Part shown: positions 37,091 to 45,635 of the stretch, piece by piece
How positions within the stretch are numbered: the stretch's first letter is position 1
Layout of the letters: each line of letters begins with the position of its first letter
Origin: an uncultured bacterium
GTDB taxonomy: Bacteria > Muiribacteriota > UBA6191
Reading direction: 5' to 3'
Assembly (NCBI GenBank): GCA_964503595.1
Contig: CAZDAM010000002.1
Coordinates: forward strand, 9,335-73,334
DNA: 64,000 bases
Position numbers and translations under genes: made by a program
Notes under the pieces: model-generated
The model's database searches: none
Told to the model about the DNA's origin: nothing
Seen by the model: the letters and a program-made list of their open reading frames with translations, nothing else

Positions 37091-38095
37091 TTACTCCGTA
37101 CGATCTTTACCCGTACGCAGGATGATTTCATCCATGGCTTCTTCAGCGAGAGCCCGGAGCTCGCCATCTCCGGCTTCTCTTAACCTCAGAAGGGTTTTAA
37201 TTGCCTTGCGATCACCCGCAAATTTCAGAATCATCACGGATTCCACCTGAACCACCTGATTTAAAGTCGAGCGGATTTCCTTGAGGAGAGGCCCTTGAGC
37301 ATCGAGCCCGAATTTGACCAAGGCATCCCTGACATTACGCCGGATGACAAAAGAAGGATCCGATAAAAGAGAAATCAGAATGGAAATATGAGCTGTATTT
37401 CTCAATTCCCCCATGGAATAGATGGCCCCCACTCTTTCATGATCCTGGCGGGAATATACCATTTCTTCAAGGGTCCGGCGAGCCGACTCATCTTCTCCAT
37501 GCCTAGACAGAACCATCGCTACATTGGCCCTCATCCTCACATTGGAGTCCTCCAGATAGGGTTTGAGAATCGGCGCCACCATGGAAGTGGAATAGAACCC
37601 AAGGCCCTCAACGGCATTGGCTCTGACACGGGAATCTTGATCCTCAAGATAGGCTGCAATGATGGGAATCAGTCTTTCTTCCTGAAAGGAACCCAGATGC
37701 TTCACCAGAGTGGCCCGCACCTTGGGATGGGTTTCCGAATCCAGATACTGGACAAAGGCTTCCCCTGCCTTCTGGCAGTTTCTCTGCCCCAGACCTTCGA
37801 CCGCCCGGATCCGAACCCATTCATCCGAATCACCAAGAGCAAACAGAAGGGCATCGTCCACATTGGGAGCATCCAGCTTCCTAATGCCAACAACAGCCGC
37901 ATAGCGCACTGAAGGATGCTCATCATCAAGGGCTTCCCGCAGAAGAACCGCTTTTTCTACATCGTGACAGGAAGAGGCCGAAACCTGCTTGACCCTGACA
38001 AAACGCTGTTCCCAGGAGCTGTCAGCCAGCTCATCGTCAAAATCATCGCTGTCCAGAAAATCTTCGAAATCACCGCGCATAATACCTCTGTCCAA
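37091..38095 (-). CDS. PBS-lyase HEAT-like repeat protein
   Basis: Repeated motifs SVRYAAVVGIRKL, DEWVRIRAVEGLGQ, KVRATLVKHLG, RVRANAVEGLG, NVRMRANVAMVL typical of HEAT_2/PBS-lyase repeats. Confidence 0.7.
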   Translation of the reverse strand: MDRGIMRGDFEDFLDSDDFDDELADSSWEQRFVRVKQVSASSCHDVEKAVLLREALDDEHPSVRYAAVVGIRKLDAPNVDDALLFALGDSDEWVRIRAVEGLGQRNCQKAGEAFVQYLDSETHPKVRATLVKHLGSFQEERLIPIIAAYLEDQDSRVRANAVEGLGFYSTSMVAPILKPYLEDSNVRMRANVAMVLSRHGEDESARRTLEEMVYSRQDHERVGAIYSMGELRNTAHISILISLLSDPSFVIRRNVRDALVKFGLDAQGPLLKEIRSTLNQVVQVESVMILKFAGDRKAIKTLLRLREAGDGELRALAEEAMDEIILRTGKDRTE

Positions 38096-38260
38096 TATAC
38101 ATCAAAACCACGAATATCGCGGCAATCCAACTGTCACTGACTTCATCACCTTCGGGAAGGCGCCACTTATGAATGCGTTCAATCATAATCAATTCACAGT
38201 AACTGACAATCTCTGAAATGAAAAAAGCCGGGCTAAGAGCCCGGCCAGAACCTCTGGAAA

Positions 38261-39970
38261 TCAGTAATGCATCAGGGACTGTACCCCGTAATCTTTCAGG
38301 CGCTCACGACCTTCCAGAAAATCGAGCTCAATCAGAAACATCATTCCGGCCACCTTGCCCCCGGACTTTTCAATCAGAAAAGCCGTTGCCTCTGCTGTGC
38401 CTCCGGTTGCCAGAACATCATCAATGACCAGAACGGACTGGCTCTTGACGATTCCTTCCTGAATCTCAAGCGTAGCTTCTCCGTACTCAAGAGCATAGGA
38501 ACGGCTTAGAACCGGTCCTGGCAACTTCCCGGCCTTGCGAATGGGAACAAACCCAACCCTGAGGGCCTGGGCCAAAGCCGCCCCCAGAATAAACCCGCGG
38601 GATTCCACTCCGGCAATCAGATCAACCTGGCGGTCCTTGATCAGCCCCTGAAAAAGCCGGATGACATCAGAAAGACCATTGGGAGCCGCCAGTAAAGGAG
38701 CGATATCCTTGAAAACCACCCCGGGTTTCGGAAAATCCGGAACATCCCTCACGAGTTCCTTCAGACGCCCGAGGGCGGTGCGAACCCGTTTGGACTGCAA
38801 ATCGGTAAAGACCTTGCGGGTAAAATCCTGAACCCACTCTTCACTGATCTGCTCTTTCTGCTGCTTGATTTCCCCAATCCGGCTTAAAGCCACCATGGCG
38901 TTTTTCTTGACGTATTCCGAGGAATCCCGCAAAGCATCCACCAGATCCAGAGTGGAATCCTCAACACCGATTTCTCCAAGTGCCTGGGCTGCTGAAGCCC
39001 TGACCGACCAGAAGGAATCATGCTTGAGAATATGGGTGATCTGATCGAGCATTTCCTTGGCCTGCAAGTCCCCCAGAACCTTCACTGCCCAGTAGCGGAT
39101 ATCCGTATTTTTACTTTTTAAGGCACGCGAGAGTTTTTCAATACAGGAATCCCCAAGTTCCCACAGGGTTTCAGCCGCCTGCTTCCTGACAAACCAGTTG
39201 GCATCCCCAAGCATCTGAATCAGAGGATCAATGATTTCCGGGGTATCCATGGAGCGCATGCCCTGAATGATGGATTGCTTCTGATCTACCGGAAGCTCCT
39301 CATCCATGAGCTTCACCACCAAAGCCTTGCAGGCCTTGCTGCCACCGACTTCACTTAGAACCTGGATGGCCCAGAACTCCCGATCATGATGCCCGCAGTT
39401 CAAAACTCCAATTACTTCATCCACGCAAAGCTGCCCAAGCTGAATCAGACCGCTGGCAGCAGATTTTCGAATTGTCCACTGAGTGTCATCCAGACAGTGA
39501 ATCAATGGCTTGACAGCTTCCCGGACCCCGGTTCTTCCCAAGGCCGAAATCGCACAGAGCTTCGCCGGGAGTTCCTCCCCTTCAATCAGAGAAACCAGGG
39601 TTTCTACCGAGCGGCTCCCGAACTGGGAAATCACTTCGCTGATCCAGAACTGAATATCGTCATCATTGCTGCGGGCCATATCCAGAAGAGTATCCAGATA
39701 ATGGCTGCCCAATCCGGCAAGGACTCTGGCCGCATTGCGCCTGACACCCCAGGAGGAATGCTTCAGGGCTCCAATCAGATGGGGAAGAGCACGCTCTCCA
39801 TATCCTTCCAGCACCTTGACTGCTTCCTGGGAAACCGCTTCATTATCATCGCCTAACGCTTCGATCAGAAGCGAGATTGATTCAGCTCCCGGTTTATCCT
39901 TGAGCGATGCCACGGTTTCACGGCGCACCCGGTAATCCACATCCTGTAAAGCTTCCAGAATTGCTTTCAT
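38261..39970 (-). CDS. apt: Fusion protein: N-terminal PBS-lyase HEAT repeats (~390 aa) + C-terminal adenine phosphoribosyltransferase
   Basis: C-terminal 170 aa match APRT (FKDIAPLLAAPNGL, VDLIAGVESRGFILGAALA, PRPP motif VLVIDDVLATGGTAEA); N-terminal RRETVASLKD, WGVRRNAARVLAGLG etc. are HEAT repeats; start ATG overlaps the dnaN stop (ATGA). Confidence 0.8.
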   Translation of the reverse strand: MKAILEALQDVDYRVRRETVASLKDKPGAESISLLIEALGDDNEAVSQEAVKVLEGYGERALPHLIGALKHSSWGVRRNAARVLAGLGSHYLDTLLDMARSNDDDIQFWISEVISQFGSRSVETLVSLIEGEELPAKLCAISALGRTGVREAVKPLIHCLDDTQWTIRKSAASGLIQLGQLCVDEVIGVLNCGHHDREFWAIQVLSEVGGSKACKALVVKLMDEELPVDQKQSIIQGMRSMDTPEIIDPLIQMLGDANWFVRKQAAETLWELGDSCIEKLSRALKSKNTDIRYWAVKVLGDLQAKEMLDQITHILKHDSFWSVRASAAQALGEIGVEDSTLDLVDALRDSSEYVKKNAMVALSRIGEIKQQKEQISEEWVQDFTRKVFTDLQSKRVRTALGRLKELVRDVPDFPKPGVVFKDIAPLLAAPNGLSDVIRLFQGLIKDRQVDLIAGVESRGFILGAALAQALRVGFVPIRKAGKLPGPVLSRSYALEYGEATLEIQEGIVKSQSVLVIDDVLATGGTAEATAFLIEKSGGKVAGMMFLIELDFLEGRERLKDYGVQSLMHY

Positions 39971-41106
39971 GCTACCCTCTGAGTCAAAGACATGATCACA
40001 CAGACAAAGCGCCCCTCTCCCTCGGCCTGTTCTTCAGGCCAGAAGTAAACCGGCATTTCTTCACCTTCACAAAACAGGCTGATACGATCGGATTCCACCG
40101 AACCCAGAAAATCAAGAACATATTTGGAATTCAGGGCAACGCTCAGGCCTTCCAGTTCCTGCGATTCCACTTCAAGCTCTCTCCAGCCTGTTCCCATTTT
40201 ATCCGAGAAAGACTCCATTCCAAAAGACGAACCCTTCACCTGGAAGGAAACCCGGTTGCCAATATCGCGGGAAACCGGCATCAGGCCCCTGAGATGATTG
40301 GTAAGCGGAAGACGGGGAAGGGCGATACTGCGCTCACCAAGGTCTTCGGGAAAGAAACCCTCGTAATCCATGAACTGACCTTCTGCCAGCATGGTCTGGA
40401 AAATCAGGCTTCCATGGCGGAGCAGAACGCGGCCTCCACCCTGCTGAAACTCCACTTCATCATCCGGAAGAATTTTCAGAAGATCCTGCACCGAAGCCAG
40501 ACTGAGCAGCCATTCCAACTGAAGCTCTTCAAAACCTTCGAGGCCCAGGACAGATTCCGCAAGCCGCCAGCCATCCTGAGAAGCAATCTTCAGACTGCCA
40601 TTCTCGGCGAAAAGTCTTACCCCGTGAAAGCCCTGAACCGTATTCTCAGTCTGGGCAGATGCATGGGCTCCAAACTTCAGGGCCTTCTTGAGACGGGCAC
40701 CATGCAGAAGAAAGGAAAGATCTGCCTCAAGAAGTTCCACATTGGGGTATTCCTGCACATCACGGGTCATTGCCTCGAAGCGGGCCCCAAGATCAGGCAC
40801 AGCAATCAGAAGGCGCCGGTTTTCGAGGTTTTCCAGCAAAATGGGATGCCGATCGGATTCCGGCATACTTCTGACACACTCAGAGAAAAACTGCCCCTGA
40901 ACCAGAGCTTCGCCCTCTGAATCGACCTTTGCAGGAATTTCAGTCGAAATGAAAGTCTTCAGATCCGTGGCTGCCATTTCCAGCACGCCACCTTTGGCAC
41001 GCAGGCGGATGCAGGTTAACTCCAGAATGGAAGTACTGCCCGGCAAAGCCCTCTGGACAACTTCAAGACCTTTTAAAAGTTCCGCACGTTCGCAATGAAT
41101 TTTCAT
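39967..41106 (-). CDS. dnaN: DNA polymerase III beta sliding clamp (divergent DnaN)
   Basis: 379 aa; MKIHCERAELLKGLEVVQRALPGSTSILELTCIRL...ATDLKTFIST parallels DnaN domain I; C-terminal VALNSKYVLDFLGSV parallels the DnaN domain III motif. Confidence 0.75.
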   Translation of the reverse strand: MKIHCERAELLKGLEVVQRALPGSTSILELTCIRLRAKGGVLEMAATDLKTFISTEIPAKVDSEGEALVQGQFFSECVRSMPESDRHPILLENLENRRLLIAVPDLGARFEAMTRDVQEYPNVELLEADLSFLLHGARLKKALKFGAHASAQTENTVQGFHGVRLFAENGSLKIASQDGWRLAESVLGLEGFEELQLEWLLSLASVQDLLKILPDDEVEFQQGGGRVLLRHGSLIFQTMLAEGQFMDYEGFFPEDLGERSIALPRLPLTNHLRGLMPVSRDIGNRVSFQVKGSSFGMESFSDKMGTGWRELEVESQELEGLSVALNSKYVLDFLGSVESDRISLFCEGEEMPVYFWPEEQAEGEGRFVCVIMSLTQRVA

Positions 41107-41578
41107 GCTGGCCCCTCTCTTTTAAAGATTTTTTTTCGCGAAGGAATGAAAACACAGGGAGATTGGGATCGCAAAGACGAAAAAAGAGCCCCTCGCAGCA
41201 ACAAGCGGCCAGGGGCTCTTTCCTAAGAAACCAAATCCAGACGCTCCCACATAAGTTCACCCGTCATTTTCAGCTCTGTCCCGACTTCATGCTGAAACCA
41301 CTTTCCAGGACTGTTCCGAAAATCGTAGTCAGAAGTATTCGGACTTCAAGAATTAAAACGATCCACTCCTTGTTGCCCTCTTGACAGACAGGGTAAAATA
41401 ATTTCGAGGGCGTTGATCCGTGCGTCCTGCGACAGTGGAAGACTCCGAACCCCGCCAGGTCTGTGATGGAAGCAACGGCAGGATGCGCTTTCAGGTGTTT
41501 CAGGGTTTCCGTGCGGGGAGTCCTCTTTTCTTTTTCCAGATTCTTGACACATTTTACATGTGGCTTAAGGTCCTTGAC

Positions 41579-42067
41579 ATGACGTATAAATTTCTGATTC
41601 CCACTCTAGCTCTTTCCACGTTGCTCCACCTGGCCCATCATACCAATGCAGGCGGTTTTGGCCAGTCCACAGAGTCGGACACGATTGAGCTTCCCGAGCA
41701 GGATAGCCCTGTCTCTCCTCCCGAACTGGAAATGGTTTCAAAGGAATCTCTGGACGAAAGTACGTCAGCCTGGGAAACAACCACTCCGGAGAATTACCGG
41801 GGCTGGTGGATCTGCGCATCTCTCCGCTGCCGCATGTTCAAAGAGCCGGATCGTTCTTCTGAAGTTTTTCTGGAAATGACCAAAGGAGAAATGGTCTTCA
41901 TTCTCAACGAAGAAAGAGCCGCTGATTCGGAATTTTCCGAGCACATCCGCTATGCCAAGGCTGTACGCATTTTCGGCACCGAAGAATCCGAGGAAATCAA
42001 CGAAGTCAAAGGCTATGTGATTGAATTGGATGGCACCAGGCTCCCCCCCCAGAAAAATCGAGATTGA
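41579..42067 (+). CDS. Secreted protein, N-terminal part of a probably frameshifted gene (signal peptide + unknown domain)
   Basis: Start at ATG 41579 (MTYKFLIPTLALSTLLHLAHHTNA signal peptide); reading frame terminates 17 nt after a C8 tract (42043-42050). Confidence 0.45.
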   Translation: MTYKFLIPTLALSTLLHLAHHTNAGGFGQSTESDTIELPEQDSPVSPPELEMVSKESLDESTSAWETTTPENYRGWWICASLRCRMFKEPDRSSEVFLEMTKGEMVFILNEERAADSEFSEHIRYAKAVRIFGTEESEEINEVKGYVIELDGTRLPPQKNRD

Positions 42068-42674
42068 CCTGGCCGGTTCCATTACCGTGCAGAATATTCC
42101 TCAGTATAATCAGGGACTCCCTGATCCTCATGCTGAGGAAGAAGATTATGCCGGCTGGAAACCCGGTGGCTACTGCGGTCCAACCTCACTTCAGATGCTG
42201 GCTGAATTCCATGGCTACAAACTCACCCGCGATCAAATTGCCCGTACCAGCGCCCGTGACGGCGAAATCAGCCTGGACAAAGGCACCATGCATGGAAGCG
42301 AATACATTTATGCCTGGGATAAGGGAACTGCCCGGGCCAACATCCCTGATGTCATGAAGAAGCTGGGCTTTCGGACCGCAGATCTCAGGCAGGGAGAAGA
42401 CTATTCCCGGCTAAGATATATGGTTCGCCGGAGCACCCATCTTCTGGTCAATGTCAAAGGCAGAGTCAAATTCACGGATGAGGGCCCAAGCTACAAGACC
42501 GGTGGGCACTATATGGTGCTGGTGGGCATGGATGCCAACGACAATCCGATTGTCAACGACCCCTACCCCTGGAAAGCCGAGCAGGAAGTCCCCGTACAAA
42601 GAATTATGGATCGGGAATCCTTTGAAAACGCGTGGAGCCGGGGTGGCGCCATGTGGCTGAAGCTCATTCCCTAA
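42021..42674 (+). CDS. C39-like papain-fold peptidase domain protein (likely C-terminal part of the same gene; frameshift at the C8 tract)
   Basis: CGPTSLQMLAEFHGY (catalytic Cys region) and GGHYMVLVGMDANDNPIVNDPY (His region) resemble Peptidase_C39-like; no RBS before its ATG; a -1 change in the C8 tract fuses it to the upstream ORF. Confidence 0.5.
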   Translation: MNWMAPGSPPRKIEIDLAGSITVQNIPQYNQGLPDPHAEEEDYAGWKPGGYCGPTSLQMLAEFHGYKLTRDQIARTSARDGEISLDKGTMHGSEYIYAWDKGTARANIPDVMKKLGFRTADLRQGEDYSRLRYMVRRSTHLLVNVKGRVKFTDEGPSYKTGGHYMVLVGMDANDNPIVNDPYPWKAEQEVPVQRIMDRESFENAWSRGGAMWLKLIP

Positions 42675-43506
42675 ACCAACCCCAGACCTTTGCCCCCAGA
42701 CTCAGGCCATTCAAAACCGGACTCAGCAATGCCAGTCCGGTTTTTTTATGCCGGAAAATCAGCGAGGCAAAGCTGATGCCAAACCAGCGGAACTGGGCCG
42801 AAAACAAAGGCCAGGTTTTCTCCTTATGCCTCTTCATCATGCGGGCCTGCCAATAGCCATGCAAAAAAACCATGCGGCAGAAGCTTCTGAACGAGTCTTT
42901 TCTTTGATGACAGACCCGAAGATCCGGCTCATAACAGATGCCTACTCCCTGCTTTCTCAGGCGATAGCTCAAATCCAGATCTTCCCCATGTGAGACCAGT
43001 TCCAGAGAAAACCGTTTTTCACCAAGCAGGCTCTTTGTCCCCAGAAAGCAAAGACCCATGCAGAACGGAACTTCTTCCAGGGCCTTCTCTCCAAACGTCT
43101 GACGAAAGAAATGAAAGCGGTAAAAATCCCAGTCCGTCAGAATCGGAGCTGTCGCTTCCTGCCCTGCCGTAAGCGTTTCTCCAGAAAATTTCTGTAAGAT
43201 CTCCCGACAGGATGAATCCGGCATGGTATCCGCATCCAGAAACCAGAAGCCTTCCGTCTGGCAGTGAGACAAAAGCTCATTTCTGGTGTAGGAAAGACCC
43301 CGATTCTCCTCCCGCTTCAGATGCCGGACTGGAATCTCTCCCCCGGTAGGAAACCGGCACTCGGTTTTACAACCATCGCAACACACCAGAATCTCCTGAA
43401 TCTCGGGGGCAAAACCCTGCTGCAAAGACTCCAATAGCGAAAACAGAGTCCCGTGCATTTCATAGCAGGGAATCAGAACGGAAATTTCCATGCCGCTGTT
43501 TTTCAT
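42664..43506 (-). CDS. Family-2 glycosyltransferase
   Basis: ISVLIPCYEM...D.D motif region FLDADTMPD; 280 aa. Confidence 0.65.
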   Translation of the reverse strand: MKNSGMEISVLIPCYEMHGTLFSLLESLQQGFAPEIQEILVCCDGCKTECRFPTGGEIPVRHLKREENRGLSYTRNELLSHCQTEGFWFLDADTMPDSSCREILQKFSGETLTAGQEATAPILTDWDFYRFHFFRQTFGEKALEEVPFCMGLCFLGTKSLLGEKRFSLELVSHGEDLDLSYRLRKQGVGICYEPDLRVCHQRKDSFRSFCRMVFLHGYWQARMMKRHKEKTWPLFSAQFRWFGISFASLIFRHKKTGLALLSPVLNGLSLGAKVWGWFRE

Positions 43507-43567
43507 TACTCCATCCTCTCAAGAAATGGAGTTTCCGGCAAATGCGGAGTCGTTCAGTCTGGTTGTA

Positions 43568-43882
43568 CTAAACTAGCTTCTCATCAATAACGTTTTGTAT
43601 AAGCCTTGCTGCATGGAAAATGGTTACGATTTCTATGCTGTCCTCTCTGACTCGATAGACTATGCGGTAAGACTTGTGAATCCTCTCTCTTAAGTCTTCC
43701 CGTCCGTATTCAGGAACGATACGCCCAGAGCTTGGAAATGGTGCCGCCTTCTCAATCAAAAAGATTACCTTTTCGGCTGTGACTTTAGCGTAATAAGCAG
43801 AACGATTTGCGATGTATTCGCAAACTCTCTCTAGATCACCAGCAGCTTTTTCAGACCAGACTACCCTTAGCTTTCGAGCCAT
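43568..43882 (-). CDS. RelE/ParE-family type II toxin
   Basis: 104 aa; ...RIVYRVREDSIEIVTIFHAARL typical RelE/ParE C-terminal beta-strand motif; overlaps the upstream small antitoxin gene by 16 nt. Confidence 0.7.
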   Translation of the reverse strand: MARKLRVVWSEKAAGDLERVCEYIANRSAYYAKVTAEKVIFLIEKAAPFPSSGRIVPEYGREDLRERIHKSYRIVYRVREDSIEIVTIFHAARLIQNVIDEKLV

Positions 43883-44055
43883 TTGGAGAGCTTTAGTTTT
43901 ACTTGATCATGTTCCAGAGTTTGGCCATTGTCCAGCTGTTCCATGCCTTCATCAACTTGCATCTTGAAGCAAAGCTCTTCAATGACATCGTCAATAGTAA
44001 GGGTGTCTGGCATCTTCTCAATGAGATCAATAATTTGCTGTTTTAAGACTGACAT
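43867..44055 (-). CDS. Putative antitoxin (addiction-module component) paired with the RelE/ParE toxin
   Basis: 62-aa acidic protein immediately upstream of and overlapping the toxin; local AT-rich composition relative to flanks. Confidence 0.55.
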   Translation of the reverse strand: MSVLKQQIIDLIEKMPDTLTIDDVIEELCFKMQVDEGMEQLDNGQTLEHDQVKLKLSKWLES

Positions 44056-44351
44056 GAAGTTTCTCTCCTACCCTCAATATACCATTTTACGAGCTAGCTA
44101 TAAGTGTTTCTCCCAATTTTGCCGGATGATGAGTAGCTGAGCGGATTACCTTGAGCTTGACCCCATGACTTTCTCCAGCATCGCTTGAGAGAAGCTGAAG
44201 CAAGAATGAGCTTTAAAATGTTTCGCTCCATCAAAAATCTGACATCACTTGCTCAAACCCTGATTCACTCCGAATTTCACTCACCTTCCGAATCGAGCGG
44301 GTAAATACAGACGTCCATCCTTTCAAAAACTTATCATTCACGTAAAAAAAT

Positions 44352-45635
44352 GTGCGGCACACTCCGAAAATTCCTTTGATGCGTGCATTTCTACGCCTGA
44401 TCGGCCCAGCTTTTGTCTTCATGGCGCTTTCATCGCCGGGATTTGCCCTGCTCATGAAAGGCAAGATCGAGCTGGTCAAGGGCCAGGTGTATGTGTACCG
44501 CGAGGGCCGCACCCTTCAGGCTGTGGATGATATGAACCTCTATACCGGGGACATTCTGGAAACTTCCCGCTCTGGCTCCATTATGGTCCAGATGATGGAC
44601 ATGGGACTTCTGAAGCTCAAGCACTCCACCCAGGTACATTTTCCTGCTCAGGATGAAAACCAGATCCAGGTTTCACGCATGAATCTGGAATTTGGTGAAA
44701 TCTGGACACGGGTTCGCCCCCTTCAGGTCGGCGAGAGCTTTCAGATCAAAACCCCGCATACAACAGCCATGCTCAATGGAACCATTGCCGTTCTGGGTCA
44801 TGACACCCGTCGCAAGAAATCGAGCTTCTCCGTCATTGAAGGCCGGGCTGAAGTGCACCGCAGCCAGGATCATTTCTTTCTGGATACCTCCGACAAGCTG
44901 GTTCTGGACATTCGAGCCAATTCCAGAGAAAGAAAAAGCCGGATTGATGTCTTTGTTCTCAACCAGGAATGGAAGGATCTGATCACAATCCGGGAAAAAG
45001 TTGTTCGTCGCCTGAAGCGCGAGCAGATGATGACAGATGTCAACGGTGGAGCAGACTTTGAAAAGCCAGTGGTTCACATCGTCAGCCCCCGCGCTGAAGC
45101 ACCTCAGAAAAAAGCCCTGGTCGAACTCAGGGCCACGGTTTATGACCCCAGTCTTGAGCGGATCATCATCCGTATCAATGGCAAGGTCATCAAGGACCTT
45201 CAGACAGGGCTCTCCGAAATTGTCCAGAATATCGAACTGATTCCTGGCCTGAATGAAATCGAAGTCGAGGCCATTGATCGCTTTGGAAACACGGGCCGGG
45301 ATCTGCGCGAAATCCGGCTTTCGGAAATCCCGCCGGTCATTACCCTGTTTCAGCCCATCGATCAGGATGAACTGACTTCCAGATTTGTCGATTTGCAGGG
45401 AGTCGTGGATGATCCTGATGTAAGAGAAGTCCAGGTTTACCTGAATGGCCGTCGTATTGCCCGGGATCGGGCTACTCCGACATTTCTGATTCCCATCATT
45501 TTAGATATAGGCCACAACCGGATTCGGGTCACAGCCACCAACGGCATTGGCCTGAGCGGCGAAACCGAAATCGAAGTCTATACCGACACCAACGCCAACC
45601 TCATCATCAACTTTGATGAGATTCTGAACCAATGA
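44352..45635 (+). CDS. Secreted FecR-domain protein with C-terminal Ig-like repeats
   Basis: Signal peptide; VYVYREGRTLQAVDDMNLYTGDILETSRSGSIMVQM resembles the FecR fold; repeated beta-rich C-terminal modules; ATGA coupling to the next ORF. Confidence 0.5.
   Translation: MRHTPKIPLMRAFLRLIGPAFVFMALSSPGFALLMKGKIELVKGQVYVYREGRTLQAVDDMNLYTGDILETSRSGSIMVQMMDMGLLKLKHSTQVHFPAQDENQIQVSRMNLEFGEIWTRVRPLQVGESFQIKTPHTTAMLNGTIAVLGHDTRRKKSSFSVIEGRAEVHRSQDHFFLDTSDKLVLDIRANSRERKSRIDVFVLNQEWKDLITIREKVVRRLKREQMMTDVNGGADFEKPVVHIVSPRAEAPQKKALVELRATVYDPSLERIIIRINGKVIKDLQTGLSEIVQNIELIPGLNEIEVEAIDRFGNTGRDLREIRLSEIPPVITLFQPIDQDELTSRFVDLQGVVDDPDVREVQVYLNGRRIARDRATPTFLIPIILDIGHNRIRVTATNGIGLSGETEIEVYTDTNANLIINFDEILNQ

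Noticed and set aside
39907-40920. 337-aa plus-strand ORF
   Set aside because: Antisense to the dnaN-like gene.
40988-41010. TGGCAC motif suggestive of a sigma-54 promoter
   Set aside because: The downstream TTGC at the required N5 spacing is absent, and the site lies inside the dnaN coding region.
41107-41578. Possible oriC upstream of dnaN
   Set aside because: I found no clustered DnaA boxes (TTATCCACA-like) or AT-rich DUE by eye, only a 9-bp-stem hairpin (AGAGCCCCT...AGGGGCTCT, ~41196-41222). It cannot be called an origin without GC-skew and motif analysis.
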